From: Eledone cirrhosa
Taxonomy: Eukaryota
Direction: 5' to 3'
Length of the DNA: 64,000 bases
NCBI GenBank assembly: GCA_964016885.1
Contig: OZ024754.1
Coordinates: 30,938,001 to 31,002,000 of the forward strand
The notes under the pieces were generated by a model that searched no databases, was not told the origin of the DNA, and worked only from the letters and a program-made list of their open reading frames with translations. The first letter of the stretch is position 1. Every line of letters starts with the position of its first letter. The position numbers and the translations under genes were made by a program. This document shows, piece after piece, positions 53,901 to 64,000 of this stretch.

Positions 53901-56900
53901 ACAGGACCATACTATTTAGAACTGGTCATCTTTACATTATATACAGTACCACACTATATTAGAACTGGTCATCTTTACATTATATACAGTACCACACTAT
54001 ATTAGAACTGGTCATCTTTACATTATATACAGGACCACACTATATTAGAACTGGTCATCTTTACATTATATACAGTACCACACTATATTATAACTGGTCA
54101 TCCTTACATTATATACAGTACCACACTATATTATAACTGGTCATCTTTACATTATATACAGGACCACACTATATTAGAACTGGTCATCTTTACATTATAT
54201 ACAGGACCACACTATATTAGAACTGGTCATCTTTACATTATATACAGGACCAGACTATATTAGAACTGGTCATCTTTACATTATATACAGGACCAGACTA
54301 TATTAGAACTGGTCATCCTTACATTATATACAGGACCACACTATATTAGAACTGGTCATCTTTACATTATATACAGGACCACACTATATTATAACTGGTC
54401 ATCTTTACATTATATACAGGACCACACTATATTAGAACTGGTCATCTTTACATTATATACAGGACCACACTATATTAGAACTGGTCATCTTTACATTATA
54501 TACAGGACCACACTATATTAGAACTGGTCATCTTTACATTATATACAGTACCACACTATATTAGAACTGGTCATCTTTACATTATATACAGGACCAGACT
54601 GTATTAGAACTGGTCATCTTTACATTATATACAGTACCACACTATATTAGAACTGGTCATCTTTACATTATATACAGGACCACACTATATTAGAACTGGT
54701 CATCTTTACATTATATACAGGACCAGACTATCTAGAACTGGTCATCTTTACATTATATACAGGACCACACTATATTATAACTGGTCATCTTTACATTATA
54801 TACAGGACCACACTATATTAGAACTGGTCATCTTTACATTATATACAGTACCACACTATATTAGAACTGGTCATCTTTACATTATATACAGGACCAGACT
54901 ATCTAGAACTGGTCATCTTTACATTATATACAGGACCACACTATATTATAACTGGTCATCTTTACATTATATACAGGACCACACTATATTAGAACTGGTC
55001 ATCTTTACATTATATACAGTACCACACTATATTAGAACTGGTCATCTTTACATTATATACAGGACCAGACTATATTAGAACTGGTCATCTTTACATTATA
55101 TACAGGACCACACTATATTAGAACTGGTCATCTTTACATTATATACAGTACCACACTATATTAGAACTGGTCATCTTTACATTATATACAGGACCATACT
55201 ATCTAGAACTGGTCATCCTTACATTATATACAGGACCAGACTGTATTAGAACTGGTCATCTTTACATTATATACAGGACCAGACTGTTTAGAACTGGTCA
55301 TCTTTACATTATATACAGGACCACACTATATTAGAACTGGTCATCTTTACATTATATACAGGACCAGACTGTATTAGAACTGGTCATCTTTACATTATAT
55401 ACAGGACCAGACTGTATTAGAACTGGTCATCTTTACATTATATACAGGACCAGACTGTATTAGAACTGGTCATCTTTACATTATATACAGGACCAGACTG
55501 TATTAGAACTGGTCATCTTTACATTATATACAGGACCAGACTGTATTAGAACTGGTCATCTTTACATTATATACAGTACCAGACTGTATTAGAACTGGTC
55601 ATCTTTACATTATATACAGGACCAGACTGTATTAGAACTGGTCATCTTTACATTATATACAGGACCAGACTGTATTAGAACTGGTCATCTTTACAATATA
55701 TACAGGACCAGACTGTATTAGAACTGGTCATCTTTACATTATATACAGGACCAGACTGTATTAGAACTGGTCATCTTTACATTATATACAGGACCACACT
55801 ATATTAGAACTGGTCATCTTTACATTATATACAGGACCAGACTGTATTAGAACTGGTCATCTTTACATTATATACAGGACCAGACTGTATTAGAACTGGT
55901 CATCTTTACATTATATACAGGACCAGACTGTATTAGAACTGGTCATCTTTACATTATATACAGGACCAGACTGTATTAGAACTGGTCATCTTTACATTAT
56001 ATACAGGACCAGACTGTATTAGAACTGGTCATCTTTACATTATATACAGGACCAGACTGTATTAGAACTGGTCATCTTTACATTATATACAGGACCAGAC
56101 TGTATTAGAACTGGTCATCTTTACATTATATACAGGACCAAACTGTATTAGAACTGGTCATCTTTACAGTTAAATAGGACCAAACTGTATTAGAACTGGT
56201 CATCTTTACATTATATACAGGACCAGGCTGTATTAGAACTGGTCATCTTTACAGTTAAATAGGACCAGACTGTATTAGAACTGGTCATCTTTACAGTTAA
56301 ATAGGACCAGGCTGTATTAGAACTGGTCATCTTTACAGTTAAATAGGACCAGACTGTATTAGAACTGGTCATCTTTACATTATATACAGGACCAGACTGT
56401 ATTAGAACTGGTCATCTTTACATTATATACAGGACCAAACTGTATTAGAACTGGTCATCTTTACAGTTAAATAGGACCAGGCTGTATTAGAACTGGTCAT
56501 CTTTACAGTTAAATAGGACCAGGCTGTATTAGAACTGGTCATCTTTACAGTTAAATAGGACCAGGCTGTATTAGAACTGGTCATCTTTACAGTTAAATAG
56601 GACCAGACTGTATTAGAACTGGTCATCTTTACAGTTAAATAGGACCAGGCTGTATTAGAACTGGTCATCTTTACAGTTAAATAGGACCAGACTGTATTAG
56701 AACTGGTCATCTTTACATTATATACAGGACCAGACTGTATTAGAACTGGTCATCTTTACATTATATACAGGACCAAACTGTATTAGAACTGGTCATCTTT
56801 ACAGTTAAATAGGACCAGACTGTATTAGAACTGGTCATCTTTACAGTTAAATAGGACCAGGCTGTATTAGAACTGGTCATCTTTACAGTTAAATAGGACC

Positions 56901-59900
56901 AGACTGTATTAGAACTGGTCATCTTTACAGTTAAATAGGACCAGGCTGTATTAGAACTGGTCATCTTTACAGTTAAATAGGACCAGACTGTATTAGAACT
57001 GGTCATCTTTACATTATATACAGGACCAGACTGTATTAGAACTGGTCATCTTTACATTATATACAGGACCAAACTGTATTAGAACTGGTCATCTTTACAG
57101 TTAAATAGGACCAGACTGTATTAGAACTGGTCATCTTTACAGTTAAATAGGACCAGGCTGTATTAGAACTGGTCATCTTTACAGTTAAATAGGACCAGAC
57201 TGTATTAGAACTGGTCATCTTTACAGTTAAATAGGACCAGGCTGTATTAGAACTGGTCATCTTTACAGTTAAATAGGACCAGACTGTATTAGAACTGGTC
57301 ATCTTTACATTATATACAGGACCAGACTGTATTAGAACTGGTCATCTTTACATTATATACAGGACCAAACTGTATTAGAACTGGTCATCTTTACAGTTAA
57401 ATAGGACCAGACTGTATTAGAACTGGTCATCTTTACAGTTAAATAGGACCAGGCTGTATTAGAACTGGTCATCTTTACAGTTAAATAGGACCAGACTGTA
57501 TTAGAACTGGTCATCTTTACAGTTAAATAGGACCAGGCTGTATTAGAACTGGTCATCTTTACAGTTAAATAGGACCAGACTGTATTAGAACTGGTCATCT
57601 TTACATTATATACAGGACCAGACTGTATTAGAACTGGTCATCTTTACATTATATACAGGACCAAACTGTATTAGAACTGGTCATCTTTACAGTTAAATAG
57701 GACCAGACTGTATTAGAACTGGTCATCTTTACAGTTAAATAGGACCAGGCTGTATTAGAACTGGTCATCTTTACAGTTAAATAGGACCAGACTGTATTAG
57801 AACTGGTCATCTTTACAGTTAAATAGGACCAGGCTGTATTAGAACTGGTCATCTTTACAGTTAAATAGGACCAGACTGTATTAGAACTGGTCATCTTTAC
57901 ATTATATACAGGACCAGACTGTATTAGAACTGGTCATCTTTACATTATATACAGGACCAAACTGTATTAGAACTGGTCATCTTTACAGTTAAATAGGACC
58001 AGACTGTATTAGAACTGGTCATCTTTACAGTTAAATAGGACCAGGCTGTATTAGAACTGGTCATCTTTACAGTTAAATAGGACCAGACTGTATTAGAACT
58101 GGTCATCTTTACAGTTAAATAGGACCAGGCTGTATTAGAACTGGTCATCTTTACAGTTAAATAGGACCAGACTGTATTAGAACTGGTCATCTTTACATTA
58201 TATACAGGACCAGACTGTATTAGAACTGGTCATCTTTACATTATATACAGGACCAAACTGTATTAGAACTGGTCATCTTTACAGTTAAATAGGACCAGAC
58301 TGTATTAGAACTGGTCATCTTTACAGTTAAATAGGACCAGGCTGTATTAGAACTGGTCATCTTTACAGTTAAATAGGACCAGACTGTATTAGAACTGGTC
58401 ATCTTTACAGTTAAATAGGACCAGGCTGTATTAGAACTGGTCATCTTTACAGTTAAATAGGACCAGACTGTATTAGAACTGGTCATCTTTACATTATATA
58501 CAGGACCAGACTGTATTAGAACTGGTCATCTTTACATTATATACAGGACCAAACTGTATTAGAACTGGTCATCTTTACAGTTAAATAGGACCAGACTGTA
58601 TTAGAACTGGTCATCTTTACAGTTAAATAGGACCAGGCTGTATTAGAACTGGTCATCTTTACAGTTAAATAGGACCAGACTGTATTAGAACTGGTCATCT
58701 TTACAGTTAAATAGGACCAGGCTGTATTAGAACTGGTCATCTTTACAGTTAAATAGGACCAGACTGTATTAGAACTGGTCATCTTTACATTATATACAGG
58801 ACCAGACTGTATTAGAACTGGTCATCTTTACATTATATACAGGACCAAACTGTATTAGAACTGGTCATCTTTACAGTTAAATAGGACCAGGCTGTATTAG
58901 AACTGGTCATCTTTACAGTTAAATAGGACCAGACTGTATTAGAACTGGTCATCTTTACAGTTAAATAGGACCAGGCTGTATTAGAACTGGTCATCTTTAC
59001 AGTTAAATAGGACCAGACTGTATTAGAACTGGTCATCTTTACAGTTAAATAGGACCAGGCTGTATTAGAACTGGTCATCTTTACAGTTAAATAGGACCAG
59101 ACTGTATTAGAACTGGTCATCTTTACAGTTAAATAGGACCAGGCTGTATTAGAACTGGTCATCTTTACAGTTAAATAGGACCAGACTGTATTAGAACTGG
59201 TCATCTTTACATTATATACAGGACCAGACTGTATTAGAACTGGTCATCTTTACATTATATACAGGACCAAACTGTATTAGAACTGGTCATCTTTACAGTT
59301 AAATAGGACCAGGCTGTATTAGAACTGGTCATCTTTACAGTTAAATAGGACCAGACTGTATTAGAACTGGTCATCTTTACAGTTAAATAGGACCAGGCTG
59401 TATTAGAACTGGTCATCTTTACAGTTAAATAGGACCAGACTGTATTAGAACTGGTCATCTTTACAGTTAAATAGGACCAGGCTGTATTAGAACTGGTCAT
59501 CTTTACAGTTAAATAGGACCAGACTGTATTAGAACTGGTCATCTTTACATTATATACAGGACCAGACTGTATTAGAACTGGTCATCTTTACATTATATAC
59601 AGGACCAAACTGTATTAGAACTGGTCATCTTTACAGTTAAATAGGACCAGGCTGTATTAGAACTGGTCATCTTTACAGTTAAATAGGACCAGACTGTATT
59701 AGAACTGGTCATCTTTACAGTTAAATAGGACCAGGCTGTATTAGAACTGGTCATCTTTACAGTTAAATAGGACCAGACTGTATTAGAACTGGTCATCTTT
59801 ACAGTTAAATAGGACCAGGCTGTATTAGAACTGGTCATCTTTACAGTTAAATAGGACCAGACTGTATTAGAACTGGTCATCTTTACAGTTAAATAGGACC

Positions 59901-62410
59901 AGACTGTATTAGAACTGGTCATCTTTACAGTTAAATAGGACCAGGCTGTATTAGAACTGGTCATCTTTACAGTTAAATAGGACCAGGCTGTATTAGAACT
60001 GGTCATCTTTACAGTTAAATAGGACCAGACTGTATTAGAACTGGTCATCTTTACAGTTAAATAGGACCAGGCTGTATTAGAACTGGTCATCTTTACAGTT
60101 AAATAGGACCAGACTGTATTAGAACTGGTCATCTTTACAGTTAAATAGGACCAGGCTGTATTAGAACTGGTGATCTTTACAGTTAAATAGGACCAGACTG
60201 TATTAGAACTGGTCATCTTTACAGTTAAATAGGACCAGGCTGTATTAGAACTGGTCATCTTTACAGTTAAATAGGACCAGGCTGTATTAGAACTGGTCAT
60301 CTTTACAGTTAAATAGGACCAGGCTGTATTAGAACTGGTCATCTTTACAGTTAAATAGGACCAGACTGTATTAGAACTGGTCATCTTTACAGTTAAATAG
60401 GACCAGACTGTATTAGAACTGGTCATCTTTACAGTTAAATAGGACCAGACTGTATTAGAACTGGTCATCTTTACAGTTAAATAGGACCAGACTGTATTAG
60501 AACTGGTCATCTTTACAGTTAAATAGGACCAGACTGTATTAGAACTGGTCATCTTTACAGTTAAATAGGACCAGGCTGTATTAGAACTGGTCATCTTTAC
60601 AGTTAAATAGGACCAGACTGTATTAGAACTGGTCATCTTTACAGTTAAATAGGACCAGACTGTATTAGAACTGGTCATCTTTACAGTTAAATAGGACCAG
60701 CTGTATTAGAACTGGTCATCTTTACAGTTAAATAGGACCAGACTGTATTAGAACTGGTCATCTTTACAGTTAAATAGACCAGGCTGTATTAGAACTGGTC
60801 ATCTTTACAGTTAAATAGACCAGGACTGTATTAGAACTGGTCATCTTTACAGTTAAATAGGACCAGGCTGTATTAGAACTGGTCATCTTTACAGTTAAAT
60901 AGGACCAGGCTGTATTAGAACTGGTCATCTTTACAGTTAAATAGGACCAGACTGTATTAGAACTGGTCATCTTTACAGTTAAATAGGACCCAGACTGTAT
61001 TAGAACTGGTCATCTTTACAGTTAAATGGGCCAGACTGTATTAGAAACTGGCTCATCTTACAGTTAAATAGGACCAGACTGTATTAGAACTGGTCAATCT
61101 TTACAGTTAAATTAGGACCAGACTGTATTAGAACTGGTCATCTTTACAGTTAATAGGACCAGACTGTATTAGAACTGGTCATCTTTACAGTTAAATAGGA
61201 CCAGGCTGTATTAGAACTGGTCATCTTTACAGTTAAATAGGACCAGACTGTATTAGAACTGGTCATCTTTACAGTTAAATGGGACCAGACTGTATTAGAA
61301 CTGGTCATCTTTACAGTTAAATAGGACCAGACTGTATTAGAACTGGTCATCTTTACAGTTAAATAGGACCAGACTGTATTAGAACTGGTCATCTTTACAG
61401 TTAAATAGGACCAGGCTGTATTAGAACTGGTCATCTTTACAGTTAAATAGGACCAGGCTGTATTAGAACTGGTCATCTTTACAGTTAAATAGGACCAGAC
61501 TGTATTAGAACTGGTCATCTTTACAGTTAAATAGGACCAGGCTGTATTAGAACTGGTCATCTTTACAGTTAAATAGGACCAGGCTGTATTAGAACTGGTC
61601 ATCTTTACAGTTAAATAGGACCAGACTGTATTAGAACTGGTCATCTTTACAGTTAAATAGGACCAGGCTGTATTAGAACTGGTGATCTTTACAGTTAAAT
61701 AGGACCAGGCTGTATTAGAACTGGTCATCTTTACAGTTAAATAGGACCAGGCTGTATTAGAACTGGTCATCTTTACAGTTAAATAGGACCAGACTGTATT
61801 AGAACTGGTCATCTTTACAGTTAAATGGGACCAGACTGTATTAGAACTGGTCATCTTTACAGTTAAATAGGACCAGACTGTATTAGAACTGGTCATCTTT
61901 ACAGTTAAATAGGACCAGACTGTATTAGAACTGGTCATCTTTACAGTTAAATAGGACCAGACTGTATTAGAACTGGTCATCTTTACAGTTAAATAGGACC
62001 AGGCTGTATTAGAACTGGTCATCTTTACAGTTAAATAGGACCAGACTGTATTAGAACTGGTCATCTTTACAGTTAAATGGGACCAGACTGTATTAGAACT
62101 GGTCATCTTTACAGTTAAATAGGACCAGACTGTATTAGAACTGGTCATCTTTACAGTTAAATAGGACCAGACTGTATTAGAACTGGTCATCTTTACAGTT
62201 AAATAGGACCAGACTGAATCTGAACTTATCATCTATACAGTTAAATAGGACCAGACTGTATTAGAACTGGTCATCTTTACAGTTAAATAGGACCAGACTG
62301 AATCTGAACTTATCATCTATACAGTTAAATAGGACCAGACTGTATTAGAACTGGTCATCTTTACAGTTAAATAGGACCAGACTGAATCTGAACTTATCAT
62401 CTATACAGTG
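50997..62410. repeat. 11.4-kb satellite, 42/43-bp monomer, with 296-bp higher-order repeat
   Basis: Invariant core tagaactggtcatctttaca; ORF starts recur every 296 bp from 57006 to 58782. Confidence 0.97.
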
Positions 62411-62565
62411 TATATTTACAATATTTATATCTTCACAGTGTTTTAATAAGTATCCTCAGTTCCTCATGTTGTGTTGCAGTTGTTTTATTACTAAATACTT
62501 TTATCAGTTTTTAAAATATATTTCTAGCATTTTACTAAAGGTTATTTTATTTTCATTTATTTCAG

Positions 62566-62632
62566 GATTGGAATTTTTAAGATTTAACTAACTCTGGGTT
62601 ACACCTTTATCACACACATTCTTTTAACTCAG
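62566..62632 (+). other. candidate non-coding (UTR) exon
   Basis: ttttcatttatttcAG|G ... CAG|GTAAGA; stops in all three frames; another acceptor-like tctctttcAG at 63996. Confidence 0.35.
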
Positions 62633-63379
62633 GTAAGATATTACTATTTTAATGTTATTTCTATCTTTTTGTATCTCTTCATATGCAGCAGGAGTTTCCA
62701 ACATTTCCACTAAAAAGGACCTCTTTTATTTAAAAGAATTTTCCGATGGAGACCCAGTTACAACTACTCCATTTCTAGATTGTTATGCAGTGAAAATAAT
62801 AATTAAAAAGAAGAAATCTTTATACCCAATAGTGTGTGTATATTTTGGTTTTAACAAATTTTTTTACATTTCTATATAGTGAGAATAACAATCCAAAGAG
62901 AGAAATCTGTTTATATTTACTGACGAATGGATATCTAATAGTGTTTATATATTGCGTGTGTGTATATATTTACTGAAGAATAGATATCTAATAGTGTATA
63001 TATATTGTGTCTATATATTTACTGAAGAATAGATATCTAATAGTGTATATATATTGTGTGTATATATTTACTGAAGAATAGATATCTAATAGTATATATA
63101 TATTGTGTTTTTAACAATAAGTTTGAAATTTTGATTTTAGTTCACTAATCCCCAATAGTCCCTTTGTAGACCCCAGGCTAGGAACTGATGATATACAATT
63201 ACATTCTTAATATACAAGTGGTGGCACTGGGGCAGGATGCTGTCAGCCAGCAGGGTGCTGCAGTCAGTGAACACACAATATTTAAAGGGCTCCAAATTAT
63301 GTTTCCACTACCATAAATGATATGCATGGGACCCCTATAAAGTTTTCACCCAGAAACTCCATGCAAGCTTAATCCACCC

Positions 63380-63885
63380 CTATATAGAGGTACACTCTCC
63401 ATATACAGGTACACTCTACATATACAGGTACACTCATCATATAATGGTACTCTCTATATACAGGTACACTCTCCATATACAGGTACACTCTCCACATACA
63501 GGTACCCACTACATATACAGGTTCACACTCTCCATATACAGGTACACTCTCCACATACAGGTACACTCTATATATACAGGTACACACTACATATACAGGT
63601 ACACTCTCCACATACAGGTACACACTCTACATATACAGGTACACACTCCATATACAGGTTCACACTCTACATATACAGGTACACTCTCCATATACAGGTA
63701 CACTCCATATACAGGTACACTCTCCACATACAGGTACACTCTACATATACAGGTACACACTCTACAAACAGGTACACACTCCATATACAGGTACACACTC
63801 TACATATACAGGTACACTCCATATACAGGTACACTCTATATACAGGTTCACACTCTCCATATACAGGTACACTCTCCATATACAG
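63380..63885. repeat. ~20-24-bp minisatellite (catatacaggtacactctc)
   Basis: Directly visible. Confidence 0.9.
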
Positions 63886-64000
63886 ATGTTATTAAGTCGG
63901 AAGCCACAAGGATTGATATTTTACTCAGGTTTTGACAGTATTTAGTGAATAAAATGTAAATTACACCCACCTGGATAAATTACCTGTCTCTTTCAGACAA

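Noticed and set aside
56423-62232. Repeated MTSSNTVWSYLTVK ORFs
   Set aside because: These are a by-product of the 42-bp satellite monomer and are broken by the 43-bp monomers.
50997-62410. CRISPR-like constant core with variable segments
   Set aside because: The variable parts are near-identical variants rather than unique spacers, there are no cas genes, and the context is eukaryotic.

Overview
This is eukaryotic, repeat-saturated intronic or intergenic DNA. The SINE and LINE content (CORE-type and Meta-type tRNA SINEs, RTE LINE 3' ends with (GAT)n tails) and the very dense microsatellites suggest a mollusc, most likely an octopus; that assignment is inference. No intact host CDS can be supported, and almost all ORFs in the track are simple-repeat artefacts. 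Recognisable parts: 5'-truncated non-LTR retroelements of three clades (R4/Dong-like RT+RLE twice, L1/Tx1 twice, several RTE), piggyBac-, hAT- and mariner-type MITEs, many minisatellites, and an 11.4-kb 42/43-bp satellite with a 296-bp higher-order repeat. The main finding is about 20 short non-coding insertions from about 11 sequence-unrelated families, embedded in (TA)n/(TG)n tracts. Several fold into minimal type-I hammerhead ribozymes with a palindromic loop III, as in Penelope-like element pLTRs. Fifteen share a covarying bulged hairpin (RCTC-stem-loop-stem-TH-GAGY) 40-75 nt from their 3' end. Most are asymmetric palindromes whose short arm stops a few nt before that hairpin. All structures were folded by eye; no activity or database check was possible.
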